NCBI GenBank assembly: GCA_023264975.1
Contig: JAHFUS010000001.1
Location: 61,113 to 125,112, forward strand
DNA length: 64,000 bases
DNA from: Actinomycetes bacterium
Lineage (GTDB): Bacteria; Actinomycetota; Acidimicrobiia; Acidimicrobiales; GCA-2861595
Reading direction: 5' to 3'
The notes under the pieces were generated by a model. That model saw nothing but the letters and a program-made list of their open reading frames with translations, had not been told where the DNA came from and ran no database searches. This document shows, in pieces, positions 1 to 7,776 of the stretch. How positions within the stretch are numbered: position 1 is the first letter of the stretch; each line of letters begins with the position of its first letter. The position numbers and the translations under genes are program-made.

Positions 1-591
1 GGCCGTCCACGCGCCCCGGGGCGGGTCGTACAGCTCTGCGCTGGCCAGCGGCCGGCCGCCGGCCACACCCCCGGTCACCAGCACCCGCCCGTCGGGCAGA
101 ACCACGGCCTGGTGGCCCCTGCGGGCCTCGCCCATGGAGGCGGTGGCGCGCCATGCGCCCGTTCCCTTCTCGTACAGCTCGGCCGCCGCCACGGGCACGG
201 CGCCGACACCGCCACCGGCCACCAGCACCTCACCACTGCGCAGGACCACAGCGACCGTCGATCCCCTGATCGACCCCAGCGACCGGCCCTTCGTCCACGA
301 GCCGGAGCTCGACGCCTTCGCGGGTCCGGCCTTGGAGTCGCTGCCCGAGGAGCGGGACACGACCAGCGCCGCCACGGCGGCGATGGTGCACGCTGCGCCG
401 ACGGCCAGCAGCCACCGGCCCCCGGCGAGTCGCCTCCTTCGCCCGGCGCCGGCCGGCTGGCCGCACGCTTCGCACCGCAGCCCGACATCGGTGCGCACCA
501 GGCAACGCGGGCAGATGGCCCGCCCACACGACGCGCACCGAAGCCGGGTCGGCTGGGCGTGGCGATCACAGAGGAGGGTGTCGGTCTCCAA
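1..591 (-). CDS. Partial CDS (3' end beyond left edge): Cys-rich zinc-ribbon, single TM helix, Kelch-type repeat protein
   Basis: Own translation of the third minus frame; it is absent from the ORF track because it has no stop in the window. TTG at 591 gives LETDTLLCDRHAQPTRLRCASCGRAICPRCLVRTDVGLRCEACG. A hydrophobic WLLAVGAACTIAAVAALVV follows, then repeats such as VLVAGGG..AELYEKGTGAWRATASMGEARRGHQAVVLPDGRVLVTGG..AELYDPPRGAW. An in-frame TGA lies just upstream of 591. Confidence 0.55.
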   Translation of the reverse strand, partial: METDTLLCDRHAQPTRLRCASCGRAICPRCLVRTDVGLRCEACGQPAGAGRRRRLAGGRWLLAVGAACTIAAVAALVVSRSSGSDSKAGPAKASSSGSWTKGRSLGSIRGSTVAVVLRSGEVLVAGGGVGAVPVAAAELYEKGTGAWRATASMGEARRGHQAVVLPDGRVLVTGGVAGGRPLASAELYDPPRGAWTA

Positions 592-808
592 GGCCCGTGA
601 CGCTATCGCCCGACCCGGTACGGATCATGGGCTCGGCGCGGCGGACGATCCTCAAGTGGTCTGGTGGTCGACCGGATCCGATTCGATGACCTCGGAGCCG
701 GCACGCGCCGACCTTGCAGGGCCGGTTCGATGTGGACACTGCCTGGTCCGGCGAAGATCCGGGCCCACGGATCCTTCCCCGGAGCCGGTGGGAGCAGTGC
801 ACGCGTCG

Positions 809-1789
809 TCAGCCAGGCACGGACCCGTGGGCAGCCCGGTATGCGGCCCACACCTCGGCGGGCACCCTCCCCCTGGCGCTGGTGGTCAGCCCCGACAGCA
901 CGGCCCAGGCCCGCACGTCGGCGGTGGTGGGCTCGGGCGCAGGCACCTCGCCGACGAGTTCCAGCTGGGCGAAGGCGAGGTCGGCGGGCCGGTGGGTGGC
1001 CAGCTCCAGGGCGGCGGCGCCGAGGAAGCGGTAGGCCCACTCCTGGGCCAAGGGACGGGTCTCGCAGAACACCAGCGGCACCGTGGGAAAGCGCACCTGC
1101 GCCTCGGCCAGCCCGTCGAGCACGACCGCAGGGCGCACCCGTTCGAGCCGGAACACCGCGGAGTAGCGGTCCTCGACGACCAGCGCGGCCCGGGGAACGC
1201 CGGCCAACTCGGCCAGGAGGTAGCGGAGCCTGCCGCCGGTCAGCGTGGCCACGAGGTCAGCGAGGCTCTTGCGCTCGACGGCGGCCACGATGTGCCCGTC
1301 GAGCTCCACCGCGTAGTCGCCGGCCGGCAGCGCCCGCCGGACGGTGTCGGCCTGCTGGGCGGTGAACCGCCACGGGTAAGTCTCGTGGCTGTCGACCAGG
1401 ATCTCGAGGCGGCCGGCGGCGCTGCGGGCACGGGGCACGCCGACGTTGGGGCGGGCCTGCTTGGAAGTCCTGGCGCTCTGCCAGAAGATCGCCTCCCGCC
1501 CGCCCTTGAGGCGGGTGAACACGATCTGGGAGCGGTTCTCCCGCCCGCGGTCGAGCACCAGGTCGACGGCTGCGCCCCGCCGAACGCACGACCGCACGGG
1601 CACCCGCTCGACGATCTGCGGCTCGTCCGGCCAGTCGTCCGTGCGGTGGCAGTACACCTTGGCCGTCCGGGGCCAGGTGTCCCTCACCTTGAGGACGACG
1701 CCGCCGCCGTCGAGGGGCAGCCGGATCAGATACGGCAGCGAGGACTCGGCATCGGGGTTGACGGCTACGGCGAACTCGGGACGGCCCAT
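809..1789 (-). CDS. ERCC4-type nuclease domain protein with C-terminal Lsr2-like DNA-binding tail
   Basis: ORF 809..1861, with ATG at 1789 preferred (MGRPEFAV...). It carries the ERCC4 signature GDYAVELDGHIVAAVERKSLADL (GD..ERKxxxD). The C-terminus ADVRAWAVLSGLTTSARGRVPAEVWAAYRAAH matches the Lsr2 C-terminal domain pattern (IREWAR..G..VS.RGRIPA.V..AY.AA). Start is uncertain; 1831 and 1861 are also possible. Confidence 0.7.
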   Translation of the reverse strand: MGRPEFAVAVNPDAESSLPYLIRLPLDGGGVVLKVRDTWPRTAKVYCHRTDDWPDEPQIVERVPVRSCVRRGAAVDLVLDRGRENRSQIVFTRLKGGREAIFWQSARTSKQARPNVGVPRARSAAGRLEILVDSHETYPWRFTAQQADTVRRALPAGDYAVELDGHIVAAVERKSLADLVATLTGGRLRYLLAELAGVPRAALVVEDRYSAVFRLERVRPAVVLDGLAEAQVRFPTVPLVFCETRPLAQEWAYRFLGAAALELATHRPADLAFAQLELVGEVPAPEPTTADVRAWAVLSGLTTSARGRVPAEVWAAYRAAHGSVPG

Positions 1790-1899
1790 CCGACCCACAG
1801 TCTGGCCGCCGCTCCCGCCGGCGTGCCGCATGCCCGTTCCGGGTGCGGCGCCACCCGCCACATACCCTCTGCTGCGTGCAGCCGCCCCTCCTGGCTCCC

Positions 1900-2895
1900 A
1901 TGCTGCCGAGCGCGGTGGCGCCGCCCCGGGACCTGAGCGGGTACCACATCGAGCCGAAGTGGGACGGAGTGCGCCTCGTCGTAACGGTGCACGACGGTGC
2001 GATCACCATGATCACGCGCAACGGTCGCGAGGTGTGCTCGCACTACCCGGAGCTGGCCGGCCTGGTGGGGGCACTCGACGGGCGCTCCGCCGTCCTCGAC
2101 GGCGAGGTGGTCACGTTCGACGAGAAGGGCCGGACGAGCTTCCAGCGACTACAGCAGCGCATGCATGTGGCGCGGCCTTCGCCGGACCTGCTGGCCGACG
2201 TCCCCGTGGTGGCCATGCTCTTCGACGTGCTGTGGCTCGACGGCGAGCTGCTCACCGGGCTCCAGCTGACCGAGCGGCGGCGGCGCCTCGAGGAGCTTCC
2301 GCTCGAGGGCCCGAGCTGGCACCTCACCCCGCTGCTCCCCGCCGCGCCGGTGGACGAGCTGCTGCGGGCGTGCAGGGCCGTGGGCATGGAGGGTTATGTG
2401 TTCAAGCGGGCCGACTCCGCCTACTTCCCCGGCCGGCGGTCGATAGCGTGGATCAAGCTCAAGTGCATCCAGCGCCGTGAGCTGGTGGTGGGCGGGTGGA
2501 CCGAAGGGCTGGGCGGTCGCAGCGGCTCGATCGGCGCGTTGGTTGTGGGGCTCTACGGCCTCGACCGGGAGACCGGCGGCAGCGACGGGCGGCTGCGGTA
2601 CCTGGGCAAGGCCGGGTCCGGTCTCACCGAGGACTGGATCCGCCAGCTCACCACCGTCGCCCAGCGCCTGGGGACCGAAGTCAACCCGTTCACGGAGCGC
2701 CTCTCGAGCGTCCACTTCCTCGATCCGCTGCTCATCGCCGAGATCGCCTACACCCAGATCACCGAGGGCGGCACGCTTCGTACCCCGACGCTCCAGGGCT
2801 TCCGCACCGACCTCGATCCCGCCGACATCGTCGCCGACGAGGAGCTCCAGGGCATCCTCGACCGCCGCGACCTGCGGCTGCGCATCCAGGTCTGA
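1900..2895 (+). CDS. ATP-dependent DNA ligase (stand-alone LigD ligase domain)
   Basis: Contains the adenylation motif YHIEPKWDGVRL (KxDG). Later EGYVFKRADSAYFPGRRS..WIKLK is typical of ATP ligase motifs IV-V. ATG at 1900 lies inside ORF 1843..2895. Confidence 0.85.
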   Translation: MLPSAVAPPRDLSGYHIEPKWDGVRLVVTVHDGAITMITRNGREVCSHYPELAGLVGALDGRSAVLDGEVVTFDEKGRTSFQRLQQRMHVARPSPDLLADVPVVAMLFDVLWLDGELLTGLQLTERRRRLEELPLEGPSWHLTPLLPAAPVDELLRACRAVGMEGYVFKRADSAYFPGRRSIAWIKLKCIQRRELVVGGWTEGLGGRSGSIGALVVGLYGLDRETGGSDGRLRYLGKAGSGLTEDWIRQLTTVAQRLGTEVNPFTERLSSVHFLDPLLIAEIAYTQITEGGTLRTPTLQGFRTDLDPADIVADEELQGILDRRDLRLRIQV

Positions 2896-2941
2896 GGGGC
2901 GCCACGTGGTTTCCCGGCGCCGTGCGGGGGACAATGGGGGC

Positions 2942-3793
2942 ATGGCCAGATCGATCTGGGGTGGCGCCATCAGCTTCGGGCTGGTGAACGTGCCCGTGAA
3001 GCTCTATACCGCCGTGCGGAAGAAGGACGTCCGCTTCCATCAGATCCATGCCCCTGACGGCGCGCGCATCAACCAGAAGCGGGTGTGTTCCGCCGACGGC
3101 GCCGAGGTGGCGTACGAGGACATCGTCAAGGGCTACGAGATCGCCAAGGGCCAGTACGTCATCATCGAGCCCGACGAGCTGGAGTCACTCGATCCGGAGA
3201 CCACGCACACGATCGACATCGAGGACTTCGTGCAGCTGGACGAGATCGACCCTCTGTTCTTCGACGCCTCGTACTACGTGCTACCGGACGCCCGTGGCGA
3301 GAAGGCCTACCGCCTGCTGCTCGAGGCCATGCGCGACGCCGGCAAGGTGGGCATCGCCAAGGTGGTGATGCGGTCCAAGCAGTACCTGGTGGCCGTGCGG
3401 CCGGTGGGCGAGGCGCTGGTGATGTCCACCATGAACTTCGTCGACGAGGTCGTGGCCCAGGACGAGCTCGACGGGCTGCCCGGGCCGTCGGAGGGCGTGA
3501 GCGACCGCGAGCTGAAGATGGCCAGTCAGCTCATCGACTCCCTGTCCACCGACTTCGACCCGAGCAGGTACGAGGACACCTACCGAGAGAAGGTGCTCGA
3601 TCTCATCGAGAAGAAGGCCGAGGGCCAGGAGATCGTGGCGCCCACCGAGACGAGGGCCACCACGCCGGTGGTCGACCTCATGGCCGCCCTGGAGGCCTCG
3701 CTGGCCGCGGCCAAGGGCGACTCCAGGGCCAAGGGCAAGGCCCGGGACAACGACGACGACGCAGACGCCAAGGCGGGCCGGAAGGCGTCATGA
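2942..3793 (+). CDS. ku: Ku protein (NHEJ DNA-end binding)
   Basis: MARSIWGGAISFGLVNVPVKLYTAVRKKDVRFHQIH is the canonical bacterial Ku N-terminus. The basic C-terminal tail is (AKGKARDNDDDADAKAGRKAS). ATG at 2942 is in frame with ORF 2477..3793. Confidence 0.9.
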   Translation: MARSIWGGAISFGLVNVPVKLYTAVRKKDVRFHQIHAPDGARINQKRVCSADGAEVAYEDIVKGYEIAKGQYVIIEPDELESLDPETTHTIDIEDFVQLDEIDPLFFDASYYVLPDARGEKAYRLLLEAMRDAGKVGIAKVVMRSKQYLVAVRPVGEALVMSTMNFVDEVVAQDELDGLPGPSEGVSDRELKMASQLIDSLSTDFDPSRYEDTYREKVLDLIEKKAEGQEIVAPTETRATTPVVDLMAALEASLAAAKGDSRAKGKARDNDDDADAKAGRKAS

Positions 3794-3910
3794 CCACACG
3801 GTGCCCGTGCTGTCGGCGCGGCGCCGGTCCGTCCCACGCCGCTCTGGCCAGCCGATCCGGACCGCCGCGGCACCGATCAGCTGACCGGTCCCCGTGCGGA
3901 CGCCAGCACG

Positions 3911-4843
3911 GTGGCTGAACGCACGGCCAAGCAGTCCGGGGTCACCGTCGAGGTCGGGGACCGCCGGCTCAGCCTGTCCAACCTCGACAAGGTCCTGTAC
4001 CCGGAGGCCGGCTTCACCAAGGGACAGGTGATCGGCTATTACCAACAGCTCGCGCCCGCCCTGCTCCCCCACCTGGCCGGCCGACCACTCACGCTGAAGC
4101 GATACCCCAACGGCGTGGACAGCAAGTTCTTCTACGAGAAGCGCTGCCCCACCCACCGGCCCGACTGGGTGCAGGTCGCCCCCGTGCGGAGCGGCCACAA
4201 CCAGGACGTCATCTGCTACTGCGTGGCGGCGGACCTGGCCACGCTGGTGTGGATGGCCAACCTGGCGGCCCTCGAGCTGCACCCGTCGCTGTCGAGGGCG
4301 GACGGGATCGAACGCCCGACCATGATGGTCTTCGACCTCGACCCCGGTCCGCCGGCCACCGTCGTCGAGTGCTCCCGCATCGCGTTGCGCCTGCAGGAGA
4401 TATTCGGCCGGATGGGCCTGCAGAGCGTGGCCAAGACGTCGGGTTCCAAGGGCATGCAGCTGTACGTGCCCCTCAACACGCCCGTCACCTACGAGGGCGG
4501 CACCAAGGACTTCGCCCTGGCCGTTGCGCAGCTGCTCGAGGGGCGGTACCCGGCCGAGGTCACCTCGAACATGAAGAAGGACCTGCGGCCAGGAAAGGTG
4601 TTCATCGACTGGAGCCAGAACGACCAGCACAAGACGACGGTGTGCGTGTACTCGTTGCGGGCCCGGGCCCGGCCCACCGTGTCGACGCCGGTGACCTGGG
4701 ACGAGGTGGCCGCCACCGCCGAGTCCGGAGATCCGGGCTCGCTGGTCTTCGAGGCGGACGACGTGGTGGAGCGCGTGCGCCGGCTGGGCGACCTTTTCGC
4801 CTGCCTCAACGAGGTCGACCAGACCCTGCCCCGACTCGCTTGA
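3911..4843 (+). CDS. LigD polymerase/primase domain protein (stand-alone)
   Basis: VEVGDRRLSLSNLDKVLYPEAGFTKGQVIGYYQQLAPALLPHLAGRPLTLKRYPNGVD and DLDPG..SGSKGMQLYVPL are typical of LigD-Pol (AEP primase-polymerase). Confidence 0.85.
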   Translation: MAERTAKQSGVTVEVGDRRLSLSNLDKVLYPEAGFTKGQVIGYYQQLAPALLPHLAGRPLTLKRYPNGVDSKFFYEKRCPTHRPDWVQVAPVRSGHNQDVICYCVAADLATLVWMANLAALELHPSLSRADGIERPTMMVFDLDPGPPATVVECSRIALRLQEIFGRMGLQSVAKTSGSKGMQLYVPLNTPVTYEGGTKDFALAVAQLLEGRYPAEVTSNMKKDLRPGKVFIDWSQNDQHKTTVCVYSLRARARPTVSTPVTWDEVAATAESGDPGSLVFEADDVVERVRRLGDLFACLNEVDQTLPRLA

Positions 4844-4911
4844 CCCCTGCTCCCCCCGACATCGCAGTGACGCCTGCCGCACTGGCGCGCACCACCGGCT
4901 CGGGGTGGCGC

Positions 4912-6381
4912 ATGGGCGCCCTCCTGGCCCTGTCCGCAGGGCTGGTGGCCGCCTTCTCGCTGCCGTCATGGGGGTGGTGGCCACTCGGCGTCGCCGGCGT
5001 GGCCGCCCTGCCGGCGCTGCTCGCCGACCGGGGAGCGAGGGGCAGGGCGATGGTCGGTGTCGGCTTCGGCGCCGGCTTCTTCGTCCCCGGGCTGTGGTGG
5101 ATGGGTGAGTTCAACCCGGTGGGCGCCGCCCTGGTGATGGTGCTGGAGACCGCCTTCGTGGGTGCCGCCATGGCGGCCGTGCCGCCTGGGAGGGGACGCA
5201 CCGTCGCGCTGCCCGGCGCCCTGGTGCTGGCCGAGGCGGTGCGGGGGGCGATCCCCTTCGGCGGCCTCCCTATGGCCGGGCTGGCCCTCGGGCAGGCCGA
5301 CGCGCCGATGGCGGGAGCAGCCCGCATCGGGGGCGCGCTGCTGGTGCTGGCCCTGATCGCGGTGGCCGCCGTGGGCGTGGCCGAGCTCGCGGCACGGCGC
5401 TGGGCGCCGGCCGCCCTCGCCCTCGGCCTGGCCGTCGCCACCACGCTGGCCGGCGCGGTCGCTCCCGATGGCGGCGCCGGCAGGCCGCTCCACACGGCGG
5501 TGGTGCAAGGGGGCGGCCGGCGTGGGTTCACCGGCGCCGAGGGGGACGACCCGGCCGAGGTCCTCGCCCGCCACCTGGCCGCCGGAGACGACGTGCAAGG
5601 GCCGGTGGACCTGGTGGTGTGGCCGGAGGACGTGATCGACGTGGAGGGACCGATCGGTGGGCAGCAGGAGGGCGCCCTGCTGGCCGACGCGGCCCGTCGA
5701 GTGGACGCCACCCTCGTCGCCGGGGTGGTGGAGGACGCCGGCCCCGACCGGTTCCGCAACGCGGCGGTGGCGTGGGGGCCCGACGGGGCCATCGTCGACC
5801 GCTTCGAGAAGGTCCACCGGGTCCCGTTCGGCGAGTACGTCCCGGGTCGGGCGTTCTTCGACCGCTTCGCCGACCTGTCCCCCATCCCCCGTGACGCCAT
5901 CGCCGGCAAGGGCCCCGGCATCCTGCACACGCCCGCCGGGGACCTGGGCGTGATGGTGTCGTACGAGGTGTTCTTCGCCGACCGGGCGCGCGGTGCGGCC
6001 CGGGCCGGCGGCCGGCTGCTTCTGGTGCCCACCAACGCCGCCTCGTTCAGTACCAGCCAGGTGCCGTCGCAACAGCTGGCGACGGCCCGGTTGCGGGCCA
6101 TCGAGACCGGACGCGACCTGGTACAGGCGGCGCCCACCGGCTACAGCGCGGTCATCGACAACCGGGGCCGCGTCACGATGCGCTCCACCCTGGGCCGGCG
6201 CCAGGTGCTCCACCGCACCGTGCAGCTCCGGTCGGGCTCGACCCTGTACGTGCAGGCCGGCGACTCCCCCGTGCTGGCCCTCGCCGCTGTTGCGCTCGCC
6301 GCCGGGTGGGCGTTCAGGCGACGATCTCGTCGGCCAGGGCGATGCGCAGGTCCTCGTCCTGGACGAAGACCAGCTTGTTGA
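4912..6381 (+). CDS. lnt: Apolipoprotein N-acyltransferase-like (Lnt; nitrilase-fold) with Ser at the catalytic Cys position
   Basis: Polytopic N-terminal half followed by a nitrilase-type domain: DLVVWPE (Glu), FEKVHRVPFGEYVP (Lys), and GVMVSYEVFF where Lnt normally has CYE. Alternative GTG start at 4867. The 3' end overlaps gtrA on the other strand. Confidence 0.75.
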   Translation: MGALLALSAGLVAAFSLPSWGWWPLGVAGVAALPALLADRGARGRAMVGVGFGAGFFVPGLWWMGEFNPVGAALVMVLETAFVGAAMAAVPPGRGRTVALPGALVLAEAVRGAIPFGGLPMAGLALGQADAPMAGAARIGGALLVLALIAVAAVGVAELAARRWAPAALALGLAVATTLAGAVAPDGGAGRPLHTAVVQGGGRRGFTGAEGDDPAEVLARHLAAGDDVQGPVDLVVWPEDVIDVEGPIGGQQEGALLADAARRVDATLVAGVVEDAGPDRFRNAAVAWGPDGAIVDRFEKVHRVPFGEYVPGRAFFDRFADLSPIPRDAIAGKGPGILHTPAGDLGVMVSYEVFFADRARGAARAGGRLLLVPTNAASFSTSQVPSQQLATARLRAIETGRDLVQAAPTGYSAVIDNRGRVTMRSTLGRRQVLHRTVQLRSGSTLYVQAGDSPVLALAAVALAAGWAFRRRSRRPGRCAGPRPGRRPAC

Positions 6382-6808
6382 AGATGACGAACTTGGCGAC
6401 CCACAACACGCCGAAGGCGGCGATCACGGCGGCGTTGATGATCATGGCCTGGGCGAGGCGGCCGGAGGTGAGCTCGTGCGCCTTGGTCTCGGCGAAGTCG
6501 GCCGTCCAGGTGGAGAAGACCAGGCCGAGGAGAGCGAGGCCCCAGAACGGGACGATCTCCTTGAGGAAGTGCGAGCGGCCGGTCTTGCCCCAGGTCCACC
6601 GCCGGTTGAGGTAGTAGGACGGGATGCCGCCGATCACACACGCCAGCAGGTTGGCCGACTTGGCTGTCCAGTGCAGTCCCGCGTACAGGGTGAACAGCGC
6701 GATCTGGCTGACCACCACGGTGACCACCGAGACGAGCACGTAACGCACCGCCTTCCGGCCCCCGGGGGTCCTCGACCGCGCCCGGAGGCTGCTCACCGTT
6801 AGCACCAC
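6314..6808 (-). CDS. GtrA-family membrane protein
   Basis: 164 aa with four hydrophobic segments. GGIPSYYLNRRWTWGK and FVIFNKLVF are typical of the GtrA-like family. Confidence 0.7.
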   Translation of the reverse strand: MVLTVSSLRARSRTPGGRKAVRYVLVSVVTVVVSQIALFTLYAGLHWTAKSANLLACVIGGIPSYYLNRRWTWGKTGRSHFLKEIVPFWGLALLGLVFSTWTADFAETKAHELTSGRLAQAMIINAAVIAAFGVLWVAKFVIFNKLVFVQDEDLRIALADEIVA

Positions 6809-6843
6809 CGGTCGATCTTAGGGGCCTGTGCGCCTGACCTCCA

Positions 6844-7614
6844 TCAGGCGCCCATGGCGTGGTAGCCGCCGTCGACGTGGACCATCTCGCCGGTGGTGGC
6901 GGGGAACCAGTCGGACAGCAGGGCGGCGCACGCCCGGGCCACCGGATCGGCGTCGCCCACGTCCCAGCCGAGCGGCGCCCGCGCCGACCAGGCGTCCTCG
7001 AAGGCCGAGAAACCGGGGATGGAGCGGGCCGCCACCGTGCGGATCGGGCCGGCGGCCACCAGGTTCACCCGGATGGCGAAGGGACCGAGGTCGCGGGCGA
7101 GGTAGCGGCAGGTCGACTCGAGCGCCGCCTTGCAGACGCCCATCCAGTCGTAGGCCGGCCACGCCTGGCGGGCGTCGAAGTCGAGCCCCACGATCGACCC
7201 GCCGTGCTCCTTCATGAGGGGGAGGGCGGCGGCGGCCAGCGCCTTGAACGAATAGGTGGACACGTGCAGCGCGGTGGCCACGTCGTCCCACTCGGCCTTC
7301 AAGAAGTCGCCCCCCAGGCACGACGGCGGGGCGAAGCCGATGGCGTGGACCACGCCGTCGAGGCGACCCCACCGGGCGCCCAGGTCCTCGGTGAGCCGGG
7401 TCAGGTGGGCGGGGTCGGTGACGTCGAGCTCCAGCACGTCGGGCGGGCGGGGCAGGCGGCGGGCGGCCCGCTCCGTGAGCTTCATGGGACGGCCGAACGA
7501 CGTGAGCACCACCTCGGCGCCCTGCTCCTGGGCCACGCGCGCCACGCTGAAGGCGATCGAAGCCTCCGTGAGCACACCGGTCACCAGCAATCGCTTGCCC
7601 GAAAGCAGCATCAA
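6844..7614 (-). CDS. fabI: Enoyl-ACP reductase (FabI/InhA type)
   Basis: LLSGKRLLVTGVLTEASIAFSVARVAQEQGAEVVLT.. with later Y..K catalytic context (AYDWMGVCKAALES). The length of 256 aa is typical. Confidence 0.85.
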   Translation of the reverse strand: MMLLSGKRLLVTGVLTEASIAFSVARVAQEQGAEVVLTSFGRPMKLTERAARRLPRPPDVLELDVTDPAHLTRLTEDLGARWGRLDGVVHAIGFAPPSCLGGDFLKAEWDDVATALHVSTYSFKALAAAALPLMKEHGGSIVGLDFDARQAWPAYDWMGVCKAALESTCRYLARDLGPFAIRVNLVAAGPIRTVAARSIPGFSAFEDAWSARAPLGWDVGDADPVARACAALLSDWFPATTGEMVHVDGGYHAMGA

Positions 7615-7703
7615 GGACTCCTCAGGGTTCGACGGTTCGAACGCCGGCGGCCGCCCCCGCCGCCGAAGGCGGCCCCGACGGCTGCCGGCAAGAAAGGTCG
7701 GGC

Positions 7704-7720
7704 GGAGGCAGGCCGCCTCC
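7704..7720 (-). terminator. Candidate stem-loop terminator downstream of accD
   Basis: GGAGGC-aggcc-GCCTCC inverted repeat about 55 nt past the accD stop. It is followed on the minus strand by ..CCTTTCTT. No strong U-tract. Confidence 0.35.
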
Positions 7721-7776
7721 GGCGGCCTGCTGGAGCGCCACCAACTCGGTGAGCAACCTCCGGTTGCGAACCGAAA

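Noticed and set aside
134-1936. 600-aa plus-strand ORF, together with overlapping 75..569, 112..600, 664..1365 and others
   Set aside because: The translations are Arg/Pro/Gly/Ala-rich with no motifs. They lie antisense or out of frame to the Kelch and ERCC4 genes, which have clear motifs. These are typical high-GC shadow ORFs.
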